Shown one piece after another: positions 36,376 through 45,116 of a DNA stretch of 62,773 bases (within the stretch, counting starts at the first letter, position 1; the number at the start of each line of letters is the position of its first letter). The notes below the pieces were generated by a model, which was not told the origin of the DNA, made no database searches, and worked only from the letters and a program-made list of their open reading frames with translations. The position numbers and the translations under genes were made by a program. The stretch is from Actinomycetota bacterium (GTDB lineage: Bacteria; Actinomycetota; JAICYB01), in contig DATLFR010000075.1 of NCBI GenBank assembly GCA_035540895.1, forward strand, positions 1 through 62,773, written 5' to 3'.

Positions 36376-39132
36376 TCAGCGCTCGGCGCTGCGGGCGACG
36401 GCGCCGTCGATGCTCGCGAGCGCGAAGGCCACCGCGTCGCCCGGGGACATCGCCTGACCACGCGACCGCGCGGCCGCGTACCGTTCGTCCCCCAGCTCAT
36501 CCCGAGCCCGGCGCGCGAGTGCGTCGAGCCGGGTGGCGTGGTCGCCGTAGACGGGTGGCGCGTTGTCCGGAGCCTCCGAGGCCGAGAGCAGAGTGGTCGC
36601 CGCCTCCAGCTCACCCAACCGGGCGAAGAGCTCGACGAGGTTGCGCAGGGTCGTCCACAGGTGCTGCCAGTTGCCGGCTCTCATGAAGTCCCTGACGATC
36701 TCGCCGAACGGCCTCAGGGCCTCCTCGGGATCGCCGTGGCGCGCGCGCAGAGAGGTGATCGACACCCGGGCCACCCCCGCCAGCAGCTTGTTCCCGACCG
36801 GGGTCGCGAGCTCGACCGCCGACTCCAGGTGTCTGATGGCAGCGTCGGGGTCGCGGTCCAACAGCCACTCCCCCCGCGTGTAGTGCACCCAGGCGCGGGA
36901 CGAGGGGTTCCCTGAGTGGCGCACCTGCTCCTCGAGAGCGTCGAGGAGCACCTTCGCCTCGTCGAAGCGGTGCGCGTACGTCAGCATCAGAGCCTTCCCC
37001 TGCATGAGGGCCAGCTTCAGGTGGGTGGTCTCGCTCGACCGGCCCGCCATCTCTATGTCGTCGTCCAGCTCGCGTGGGGGGACGAGCTCACCGCGGTAGA
37101 AGTCGTACTCGGTCGCGGCCCACCTGAGCAGGATCCTGGTGACGATGTCGTCCTCTCGGACGATCTCGTAGCCACGCTCGAAGTACCGGCGGCTCAGGTC
37201 GAGCTCCCCACGGGTGGACGCTCCGGCGGCGGCGACGGCGTAGGCGCGAGCGAGTAGCGGCTCCCCCTGCGCCTCGGGCATCCCGATCGTTCTCTCCGCC
37301 CACCTGATGATCTCCAACCTCAGGCTCAGCTGCATGTGCCAGGCGAGCGCGGTGGTGATCCGCAGGGCGAGCGACGCGTGTCCCGTGGTCGTAGCCCATC
37401 CGTGGGCCTCGCGCAGGTTGTCGATCTCAGCGGCGATCTCCCGTGCCCATCGCGCCTCGTCCGGACCCCACAGCCCGCTGGCGATGCGCTCGGCGAGCTC
37501 GGCGTAGTACGACGCGAACCGCTTCCGGACCGGCTCCGGGTCTCCCGCAGCGAGACGTTCGGCAGCGAAGGCTCTCAGTGTGGTCAGGAGGCTGTAGCGG
37601 AAGGTCTCCTCGTCGTCTGTGACCACGACCATCGATTTGTCGACGAGCGACCCGAGAAGCGATACGACGTCGAGGGGATCGACGGCGTCGTCCCCCTCGC
37701 AGATCGCCTCGGCGGCTTCCAACGTGAAGCTCCCGGCGAAGACCGACAGCCTCTCGAACAGCGCCCTCTCCTCATGGGTCAGCAAGCCGTAGGACCATTC
37801 GATGGCGGCCCGCAGGGTCTGGTGTCGTTCGACCCGGCCGCGGCCTCCCCCCTCGGCCAGCAGTCGGAGGGGTTCCCGGAGCCTCTTGGCGATATCGGCC
37901 GGGCTGAGGGACCGCACCCGCGCCGCGGCGAGCTCGATGGCCAGAGGCACCCCGTCCAGCCGCCTGCAGATCTCGACGATAGCCGCCGCGTTCGCCTCGC
38001 TCAGCTCGAACCCCGGACGCACGGCCCGGGCCCGGTCGGCGAACAGGGAGACGGCGGCCGACCCCTCGAGCAGCTGAGGCGGAGCGTTCTCCTCGGGGAC
38101 GTCGAGAGGCGGGACGGTGACGGAGCGTTCCCCGGAGACGGCCAGCGCCTCGCGGCTCGTCGCGAGCACGGTCACGTCCGGACAGGACGCGAGGATGCGG
38201 GCGGCCAGCTCCGCCACGGCCCCCACGACGTGCTCGCAGTTGTCCAGGACCAGGAGGAGGTGCTTGGACCTCAGCGCTTCCACGAGCCCCTCCACCGGAC
38301 CCTTCGACGCCGCGCCCTGGACCGACAGGGCCGAGGCGACGACATCCGCCACCGCGGCCGGCTCCCGGACGTTGCCCAGCTCGCTGAACCACGCGCCGTC
38401 GCGGAAGCGCGGCAGAACGCTCGAGGCCACGTGCAGGGCGAGCCGGGTCTTCCCCACCCCGCCGGGCCCGAGCAGGGTCACGAGGGGACAGGACCCGAGG
38501 AGCGTCGCCACCTCGTGCTCCAGCTTCTCGCGGCCCACGAACGTGGTCGGCAGGAGCGGGAGGTTGTGCGGCAGGACGGTGAGCGTGCGCGGCGGCGGGA
38601 AGTCGGCCCTCAGGTCCGCGTGCTGGAGCTGGTAGAGCTGGACGGTGTCGAGGATGTCCTTCAGGCGATGGGAGCCCAGGTCGGAGACATCGGCCCCCGG
38701 GGCGAGCTCCACCGTCGCCCGGGAGACCAACACCTGTCCTCCGTGGGCGGCCGCGGCGATCCGGGCCGCCACGTGGACGGCCAGACCCACGTAGTCGTCG
38801 TCGACGGAGATCGCCTCGCCGGTGTGGATCCCCATCCGGACGCGCAGCGTGACGCCCTCGGGCCAGGAGGTCGTCGTCACCTCGCGCTGGGCCTGGACGG
38901 CCGCCGCCAGGGCATCGGTGGGGCGGCCGAAGGACGCGAATACCCCGTCCCCCTCCGTCTTCACCACGTGCCCGCCGTTGCCTTCGATGGCCCGCCGCTG
39001 CACGGCGATGTACGCCTGCAGGACACGCTCGTAGGGGCCCTCCCCCAGCTCCTGGACGAGCCGGGTCGACCCCTCCATATCGGAGAACAGGAAGGTGACG
39101 GTCCCGCTCGGAAGCTCTCTCACCCGCTCCAC
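36376..39132 (-). CDS. Class III nucleotide cyclase - STAND (NB-ARC-like) NTPase - TPR/helical repeat protein
   Basis: Cyclase motifs VTFLFSDMEGSTRL, KTEGDGVFASF, RMGIHTGEA, VHVAARI. Walker A LLGPGGVGKTRLAL and Walker B LLLVLDNCEH. The long helical C-terminal third is TPR-like. Confidence 0.8.
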   Translation of the reverse strand: MERVRELPSGTVTFLFSDMEGSTRLVQELGEGPYERVLQAYIAVQRRAIEGNGGHVVKTEGDGVFASFGRPTDALAAAVQAQREVTTTSWPEGVTLRVRMGIHTGEAISVDDDYVGLAVHVAARIAAAAHGGQVLVSRATVELAPGADVSDLGSHRLKDILDTVQLYQLQHADLRADFPPPRTLTVLPHNLPLLPTTFVGREKLEHEVATLLGSCPLVTLLGPGGVGKTRLALHVASSVLPRFRDGAWFSELGNVREPAAVADVVASALSVQGAASKGPVEGLVEALRSKHLLLVLDNCEHVVGAVAELAARILASCPDVTVLATSREALAVSGERSVTVPPLDVPEENAPPQLLEGSAAVSLFADRARAVRPGFELSEANAAAIVEICRRLDGVPLAIELAAARVRSLSPADIAKRLREPLRLLAEGGGRGRVERHQTLRAAIEWSYGLLTHEERALFERLSVFAGSFTLEAAEAICEGDDAVDPLDVVSLLGSLVDKSMVVVTDDEETFRYSLLTTLRAFAAERLAAGDPEPVRKRFASYYAELAERIASGLWGPDEARWAREIAAEIDNLREAHGWATTTGHASLALRITTALAWHMQLSLRLEIIRWAERTIGMPEAQGEPLLARAYAVAAAGASTRGELDLSRRYFERGYEIVREDDIVTRILLRWAATEYDFYRGELVPPRELDDDIEMAGRSSETTHLKLALMQGKALMLTYAHRFDEAKVLLDALEEQVRHSGNPSSRAWVHYTRGEWLLDRDPDAAIRHLESAVELATPVGNKLLAGVARVSITSLRARHGDPEEALRPFGEIVRDFMRAGNWQHLWTTLRNLVELFARLGELEAATTLLSASEAPDNAPPVYGDHATRLDALARRARDELGDERYAAARSRGQAMSPGDAVAFALASIDGAVARSAER

Positions 39133-39227
39133 GTCCCCTGGTCGGCACCGGCGGCGCGCAGGAGAGCCGCAGAGGCCCGGTCCCGTCGCGGGCAGCCGGT
39201 CATCCGTCTATCGTACGGCCGGTCGTG

Positions 39228-40622
39228 TCAGACGGCCTCGCGCAGGCGCGCGACCGACTCCTCGCGCCCGATCACGAAGATGGACTCGGGCAGCGGGAGG
39301 GAGACCTGCGACCCGGAGATGGCGACGCGTATGGGGGCGGTCGCCTTGCGCTTGTTGAGGCCGACCTCCTCGGCGACGGCCTGGACGGCCTCCCAGATGG
39401 CCTCGTGGGTCCAGGGCTCCACGCGCTCGAGGGCGTCGGCGGTTCGGGAGAGCACGGCTCTCGCATCCTCGGTCGCGAGCACCTTGTCCCGCGCACCCGG
39501 GTCCACGGCCGGACGCGTGTGCAGGTAGTGGATCGCCTGCGGAACCTCGGACAGGGTCCGGACGCGCGTCTGGACCATGTCGAGCTCGACCGCTCGGCGC
39601 AGGACCTCCGCCGGCACCTCCGGGTGCAGCTCGAGCACCCGGGCCTCGAACTCGTCGGCCGACAGCGCCTTCATGTACTCCTGGTTCATCCAGTCGAGCT
39701 TCTCGCGGTCGAAGACCGCTCCGTGGTGCAGCACGCGGTCGAGGTCGAACTCGGAGACGATCCGTTCGCGAGGGAGGATCTCCTCCCCCGACCCCGGCGA
39801 CCACCCGAGCAGGGAGAGGAAGTTCACCAGGGCCTCGGACAGGTAGCCGGCCGCGCGGAACGCGTGCATGCCCGTGGCCATCTTCCGCTTCGAGAGCTTC
39901 TTGCGCTGCTCGTCCAGGATCAGCGGCAGGTGCACGTAGACCGGCGGCGTCTCTCCGAGCGCCTCGTAGACGAGGAGGTTCTGAACGGCCGCCGAGAGGA
40001 GGTCCTCGCCGCGGATGGCGTGGGTGATGTCCATCGCCAGGTCGTCGGAGACGTTGGCCAGCACGAAGGTGGGGGTGCCGTCCGAGCGCGCTATCACGAA
40101 GTCCTGGACGTCCTTCCACTCCACCGTCACGTCCCCCCGTACGACGTCGTTCAGGACGATCGTGCGCTCGGGCACCCGGAAGCGCAGCGCGTACGGACGG
40201 CCCTCCGCCTCGAAGGCCGCCACCTGGTCCGGCCCGAGGTCCCGGCAGTGGCGGTCGTAGCCGCGGGCCGTGCCTCGCGCTCTCACCTCGTCGGGCGTGC
40301 AGTAGTCGCGGTACACCGCGCCCGCATCCACGAGCCGCTCGATCGTCTTCAGGTGCAGCTCCCGTCGTTCCGACTGACGGTACGGTCCGTACGGGCCCCC
40401 CACGTCCGGACCCTCGTCCCAGTCGAGGCCGAGCCAGCGCAGCCCGTCCAGGATCGGCTCGATGAACTCGGGCCGCGCCGTGGCGGGGTCGGTGTCCTCT
40501 ATCCGCAGGACGAACGCGCCGCCGTGATGCCGAGCGAACAGCCAGTTGAACAGGGCGGCCCGGGCGGAGCCGACGTGCAGCTCTCCCGAGGGGTTGGGCG
40601 CGAACCGGACCCGTACGCTCAT
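39228..40622 (-). CDS. gltX: Glutamate--tRNA ligase
   Basis: RFAPNPSGELHVGSARAALFNW (HIGH region) and KLSKRK (KMSKS). ATG 40622 lies inside the track ORF and overlaps the upstream stop (ATGA-type). Confidence 0.9.
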   Translation of the reverse strand: MSVRVRFAPNPSGELHVGSARAALFNWLFARHHGGAFVLRIEDTDPATARPEFIEPILDGLRWLGLDWDEGPDVGGPYGPYRQSERRELHLKTIERLVDAGAVYRDYCTPDEVRARGTARGYDRHCRDLGPDQVAAFEAEGRPYALRFRVPERTIVLNDVVRGDVTVEWKDVQDFVIARSDGTPTFVLANVSDDLAMDITHAIRGEDLLSAAVQNLLVYEALGETPPVYVHLPLILDEQRKKLSKRKMATGMHAFRAAGYLSEALVNFLSLLGWSPGSGEEILPRERIVSEFDLDRVLHHGAVFDREKLDWMNQEYMKALSADEFEARVLELHPEVPAEVLRRAVELDMVQTRVRTLSEVPQAIHYLHTRPAVDPGARDKVLATEDARAVLSRTADALERVEPWTHEAIWEAVQAVAEEVGLNKRKATAPIRVAISGSQVSLPLPESIFVIGREESVARLREAV

Positions 40623-41377
40623 CTCGACGCCACCCGGTTCTCGAGGGCTCCGACGCCCGAGACCTCGACCGTCACCGTGTCGCCGTCGCCCAGCGGGCCG
40701 ATCCCGGCCGGGGTGCCGGTCAGGATCACGTCCCCCGGGAGCAGCGTCATGACCGAGGACACGTAGGACACGAGGACCGCGGGCGGGAAGATCAGCTCCT
40801 TCGTGTTCGAGGACTGCCGGACCGCCCCGTTCACCAGGCAGCTGATCTCCAGGGAGGAAGGGTCGACGTCGGTCACGATGTGGGGGCCGAGCGGGCAGAA
40901 GGTGTCGAACCCCTTCGCGCGCGTGAACTGCACGTCGCGGTCCTGCAGGTCCCGCGCGGTCACGTCGTTCGCGCACGTGTAGCCCAGGATCGCCTCGCCT
41001 GCCTCGTCCGGGTCGAGGTCGCGGGCGGCGCGGCCGATGACGACGGCCAGCTCCGCCTCGTGGTCCACGCGTTCCGACTGCGGCGGGAGCAGGATCGTCT
41101 CCCGGTGGCCGATCACCGAGGTGGACGGCTTCAGGAACAGCAAGGGCTCGGACGGCAGCGGCTTGTTGCGCTCCGCGGCGTGGTCGGCGTAGTTGAGCCC
41201 GACCGCCACGACCTTCGACGGCAGGACCGGCGCGAGGAGCCGGACGTCGACCGGATCGAACACCTCATCCGTCTCCTGCCAGGGGAGGAAAGGTGTCGTC
41301 GTCATGGCCCGGATGCCGTCGTCCGTGACGATCCCGTAGCCGATGGTCGACCCGATGGCGAAGCGAGCGAATCGCAT
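40619..41377 (-). CDS. Fumarylacetoacetate hydrolase (FAH) family protein
   Basis: FAH-fold blocks (VVAVGLNYADHA, HEAELAVVIG, GDVILTGTPAGIG). Conserved neighbour of gltX in Actinobacteria. Confidence 0.8.
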   Translation of the reverse strand: MRFARFAIGSTIGYGIVTDDGIRAMTTTPFLPWQETDEVFDPVDVRLLAPVLPSKVVAVGLNYADHAAERNKPLPSEPLLFLKPSTSVIGHRETILLPPQSERVDHEAELAVVIGRAARDLDPDEAGEAILGYTCANDVTARDLQDRDVQFTRAKGFDTFCPLGPHIVTDVDPSSLEISCLVNGAVRQSSNTKELIFPPAVLVSYVSSVMTLLPGDVILTGTPAGIGPLGDGDTVTVEVSGVGALENRVASR

Positions 41378-41380
41378 CGG

Positions 41381-42955
41381 CTACCGACCGGACCGGTGGA
41401 GCAGGCCGTAGACGTAGCCATCGAGGAGCGCCTCCCAGGACGCCTCGATGATGTTCTCCGAGACCCCCACCGTCCCCCACTCCTTCTCGCCGTCCGTCGA
41501 CTCGATGAGGACCCTGGTGACCGCTCCCGTGCCTTTGCTCTCGTCGAGGATGCGCACCTTGTAGTCGGCGAGGTGGATCTGGGTTAGCTCCGGGTAGAGC
41601 CCCGCGAGCGCGCTGCGCAGGGCGGCGTCCAACGCGTTGACCGGACCGTTCCCCTCCGCCGTGGAGATGATGCGCTCGCCGCGCGCGTAGAGCTTCACGG
41701 TCGCCTCGCTCGAGACGCCCCCGCGCCCGTCCGACTCGGTGATGGTGCGGAAGGACTCGATCCTGAAGAACTCCTGCTCCCAGCCGGTCGCCCGCCGGAG
41801 CAGCAGCTCGAAGGATCCGTCGGCCGCCTCGAAGTGGTACCCGACGTGCTCGAGCTCCTTTATGTGGCGCAGGACGCCGGTGACCGTCCTCTCCCCGCCG
41901 ATATCGACCCCCAGCTCCTGCGCCTTGATCACGATCGTCGAACGTCCGGCGAGCTCGCTCACGACGAGGTGGCGGACGTTGCCGACGAGCTCGGGCTCGA
42001 TGTGCTCGTAGAGGTCGCGGCGACGGGCGACCGCGGAGGCGTGGAGGCCGGCCTTGTGCGCGAACGCGCTGGACCCCACGAACGGCTGGTTCGGGCTGAG
42101 CGACCGGTTGCACACCTCGGCCACGAAGTGTGCGACCTCGGTCAGCTTGCCCACGTGGCCGTCCGGGAGGCACTCGACGCCCTTCTTGAGGGCGAGGTTG
42201 GCCGCGATCGAGAGCAGGTTCGCGTTCCCGCAGCGCTCGCCGTACCCGTTCATCGTGCCCTGCACGTGCACAGCGCCGGCGTCGACCGCCGCCAGCGAGT
42301 TCGCCACTCCGACCTCGCAGTCGTTGTGGCAATGGATGCCGATCGCCATGTCGAACCGTGCCACGACCTCCGCCGTGATGCGTCCCACCTCGTCGGGCAG
42401 GCAGCCCCCGTTCGTGTCGCACAGGACGAGGACGTCGGCGCCCGACCCCGCCGCAGCTTCGAGGACCTGCAGGGCGTATCGCTCGTTGCGCTTGTACCCA
42501 TCGAAGAAGTGCTCGGCGTCGAACAGGACCTCGTCGAAGTGTCGCTTGAGGTAGCGGACCGAGTCCGACACCATCTTCAGGTTCTCGTCGAGCGTCGTCC
42601 GCAGGGCCTCGCGCACCTGCAGGTCCCACGACTTGCCGACGATGCACGCGACCGGGGTGCCGGCTGCGACCAGCGCGCGCAGGTTCGTGTCCTTCCCGGG
42701 GGTGACGTTCGCCCGGCGGGTCGACGAGAACGCGACGAGCCGTGCGTGCTTCAGCCGCAGCTCGTCGGGAGCCCGGCGGAAGAACTCCTCGTCCTTCGGG
42801 TTGGAGCCCGGCCAGCCGCCCTCGATGTACTGGACCCCCAGCTCGTCGATCTTGGCAGCCAGGCGGAGCTTGTCGTCGACGGTGAGCGTCAGCCCCTCCA
42901 TCTGCGCGCCGTCGCGCAGCGTCGTGTCGAACAGGTCGACACGACGCTCAGACAT
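41381..42955 (-). CDS. cimA: Citramalate synthase (LeuA-family, CimA type)
   Basis: DTTLRDGAQMEG, HCHNDCEVGVANSLAAV, and the C-terminal LeuA-dimer regulatory domain. The ~520-aa CimA-like architecture is distinct from the leuA at 54385. I chose ATG 42955. Confidence 0.75.
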   Translation of the reverse strand: MSERRVDLFDTTLRDGAQMEGLTLTVDDKLRLAAKIDELGVQYIEGGWPGSNPKDEEFFRRAPDELRLKHARLVAFSSTRRANVTPGKDTNLRALVAAGTPVACIVGKSWDLQVREALRTTLDENLKMVSDSVRYLKRHFDEVLFDAEHFFDGYKRNERYALQVLEAAAGSGADVLVLCDTNGGCLPDEVGRITAEVVARFDMAIGIHCHNDCEVGVANSLAAVDAGAVHVQGTMNGYGERCGNANLLSIAANLALKKGVECLPDGHVGKLTEVAHFVAEVCNRSLSPNQPFVGSSAFAHKAGLHASAVARRRDLYEHIEPELVGNVRHLVVSELAGRSTIVIKAQELGVDIGGERTVTGVLRHIKELEHVGYHFEAADGSFELLLRRATGWEQEFFRIESFRTITESDGRGGVSSEATVKLYARGERIISTAEGNGPVNALDAALRSALAGLYPELTQIHLADYKVRILDESKGTGAVTRVLIESTDGEKEWGTVGVSENIIEASWEALLDGYVYGLLHRSGR

Positions 42956-43865
42956 ACTCGTTCCAATCGCCGTAGGTCTCGACCTCACCCCGGACGGCGG
43001 CGAAGAAGGTCTCCTGGATCTTCTTGGTGATCGGCCCGGGATCGCCGATCTCCCGGTCGTCGACCGAGCGGATCGGAACCACCTCGGCGGCCGTCCCCGT
43101 GCAGAAGGCCTCCTCGCACGTGTACAGGTCGCTGCGGAGGATGTTGCGGGCCTCCACCTCGTACCCGAGATCGGTGGCGATCCGGACGATCGAGTCCTGG
43201 GTGATGCCCTCGAGAGCCCCTGCGGAGATCGGGGGGGTGAGGAGCTTCCCGCCCCGCACGATGAACAGGTTCTCCCCGGTGCACTCGCTCACGTAGCCCT
43301 GTGGGGAGAGCATGATCGCCTCGTCGTAGCCCGCCTTCAGTGCCTCGACCTTGGCGAGCTGCGAGTTGATGTACATGCCGGTCCCCTTCGCGGCTGGCGG
43401 CATGATGTTGGGGTCGTGGCGGCGCCACGAGGAGATCTTCATCCGCACGCCGTGGGTGATCCCCTCGTCGCCGAGGTACGCGCCCCACGGCCAGACGGCG
43501 ATGGACACGTTCACGGGAGCCGGGAGCGGGTTGAGCCCCATCTCGCCGTACCCCAGGTACACGATGGGGCGGATGTAGCACCCCTCGCTCATCCCGTTGA
43601 CCCGGACGGTCTCCTTCGTCGCCTCGACCAGCTCCTCCACGGAGTACTCGAGGTCGATCATGAACATCTTGGCGCTGTTGTGGAGACGGACGATGTGGTC
43701 GGTCAGCCGGAAGACGGCCGGTCCGCGCGCGGTCTTGTACGCCCGGATGCCCTCGAACACGCCCAGCCCGTAGTGCAGCGTGTGGGTGAGGATGTGGATG
43801 TTCGCCTCGTCCCACGCGACGAGCTCCCCGTCCATCCAGATCTTCTCGGTCTTCGTGATCGGCAT
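42948..43865 (-). CDS. ilvE: Branched-chain amino acid aminotransferase
   Basis: Class IV aminotransferase blocks (HTLHYGLGVFEGIRAY, EGITQDS, GTAAEV). Confidence 0.85.
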   Translation of the reverse strand: MPITKTEKIWMDGELVAWDEANIHILTHTLHYGLGVFEGIRAYKTARGPAVFRLTDHIVRLHNSAKMFMIDLEYSVEELVEATKETVRVNGMSEGCYIRPIVYLGYGEMGLNPLPAPVNVSIAVWPWGAYLGDEGITHGVRMKISSWRRHDPNIMPPAAKGTGMYINSQLAKVEALKAGYDEAIMLSPQGYVSECTGENLFIVRGGKLLTPPISAGALEGITQDSIVRIATDLGYEVEARNILRSDLYTCEEAFCTGTAAEVVPIRSVDDREIGDPGPITKKIQETFFAAVRGEVETYGDWNEYV

Positions 43866-43875
43866 CTGACGCCCC

Positions 43876-44943
43876 CTATCGGTCGACGGAGGATGCGACC
43901 ATGTCGCCGACCTCCGTGGTCGAGTATCCCATCTGCCCCGCTCCCATCCCCTCCAGACGCGGGAAGACCTGCTCCATGGCCCGCTCCACCCCCTGGGCGG
44001 CGTCGCGCTCGCCCAGGTGGTCGAGCATCATCTGCAGCGCCCCGATCGCGGCCATGGGGTTGATGACGTCCTGTCCCGTGAAGCTCGGCGCCGTCCCGCC
44101 GATCGGCTCGAACATCGAGACGCCGTCCGGGTTGAGGTTGGCGGACGCGGCGACCCCCATGCCCCCTTGGATCGCCGCCCCCAGGTCGGTGATGATGTCG
44201 CCGAGCTGGTTGTCCGTCACGATCACGTCGAACCACTCGGGGTTCTGGACGAACCAGAAGCAGATGGCGTCGACGTGTCCGTACTCGCGATCTATGTCCG
44301 GGTACTCCTCGCCCACCTCGTTGAACACCCTGTCCCACAGGTCGTGGGCGTACGTGAGCACGTTCGTCTTACCGGCGAAGTGCAGCCTGCGGTCCTTGTC
44401 GCGGCGGCGCGTGTACTCGTAGGCGTACCGGATCACCCGCTCGACCCCCCGGCGCGTGTTCACGCTCGTCTGCAACGCCACCTCGTCGGGTGTGTGTCTG
44501 TAATGGAACCCACCCGCGTCGGCGTACAGGCCCTCCGTGTTCTCCCGGACGACGACGAAGTCGATGTCCTCGGGTCCCTTGCCGACGATCGGGCACGGCA
44601 CGCCGCGGTAGAGCTTCACGGGCCGGAGGTTGACGTACAGGTCGAGCTCGAAGCGCAGCCGGAGGATGATGCCGCGCTCCAGGACCCCCGGCTTCACGGC
44701 CCCCGGGAGCCCGACCGCGCCGAAGTAGATGGCGTCCATCTGACGCAGCTCGTCGAGGACGGGGTCGGGCAGGGTCTCCCCGGTGTCCATGTAGCGCTGG
44801 GCTCCCAGGTCGTAGGAGACCCGCTCCGTGCGGAACCCGAAGGCCGACTCCGCGGCGTCCAGCACCTTCAGCCCCTCGCGCACGACCTCGGGCGCCGTCC
44901 CGTCCCCCGGGATGACCGCGATGCGGTAACTGCGTTCGTCCAA
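43876..44943 (-). CDS. leuB: 3-isopropylmalate dehydrogenase
   Basis: IAVIPGDGTAPEV, VRENTEGLY, and NLNPDG...FEPIGGTAP blocks. TTG start 44943 after AGGAGA. Confidence 0.9.
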   Translation of the reverse strand: MDERSYRIAVIPGDGTAPEVVREGLKVLDAAESAFGFRTERVSYDLGAQRYMDTGETLPDPVLDELRQMDAIYFGAVGLPGAVKPGVLERGIILRLRFELDLYVNLRPVKLYRGVPCPIVGKGPEDIDFVVVRENTEGLYADAGGFHYRHTPDEVALQTSVNTRRGVERVIRYAYEYTRRRDKDRRLHFAGKTNVLTYAHDLWDRVFNEVGEEYPDIDREYGHVDAICFWFVQNPEWFDVIVTDNQLGDIITDLGAAIQGGMGVAASANLNPDGVSMFEPIGGTAPSFTGQDVINPMAAIGALQMMLDHLGERDAAQGVERAMEQVFPRLEGMGAGQMGYSTTEVGDMVASSVDR

Positions 44944-44953
44944 ACCGTCTCCT

Positions 44954-44987
44954 AAAGAGAAGACCTCCCGCCGGATGGCGAGAGGCC
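44954..44987 (-). terminator. Terminator-like hairpin plus U-tract in the leuB leader (candidate attenuator)
   Basis: The RNA reads GGCCUCUCGCC-AUCC-GGCGGGAGGUC. That is 11 bp including 2 G.U pairs, which would be A.C mismatches on the other strand. It is followed by UUCUCUUU and then the leuB SD. Confidence 0.5.
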
Positions 44988-45015
44988 GCTGCGGACGCCG
45001 TGGAGCGGCGCCCGC

Positions 45016-45045
45016 CTACCCGATGGCTACCTGGAAGCTGCTCAT
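45016..45045 (-). promoter_or_regulatory. Candidate 9-codon leader ORF (MSSFQVAIG*) upstream of leuB
   Basis: The ATG lies 8 nt downstream of the -10 hexamer, so the ORF is effectively leaderless. The stop is immediately followed by the 10-bp hairpin at 44991..45015. The layout is the same as the ilvB leader. Confidence 0.4.
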
Positions 45046-45053
45046 GGGAGACA

Positions 45054-45082
45054 AGTATGCAGGACACGCACCCCCCCATCAA
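45054..45082 (-). promoter_or_regulatory. Candidate promoter of the leuB operon
   Basis: TTGATG (45082..45077), a 17-nt spacer, then CATACT (45059..45054). Confidence 0.5.
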
Positions 45083-45116
45083 ACACGGGCATGGCGCGGT
45101 GCGTTATGTATTGGAC

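Noticed and set aside
37336-39528. 730-aa plus-strand ORF, and the 458-aa minus-frame ORF 37772..39148
   Set aside because: They overlap the cyclase-STAND-TPR gene, either antisense or in an alternative frame. That gene's frame carries the cyclase and Walker motifs. The alternatives are Arg/Gly/Pro-rich.
40619-40640. T-box or other leader for gltX
   Set aside because: The gltX start overlaps the stop of the upstream FAH gene, so there is no leader space. gltX appears to be co-transcribed.
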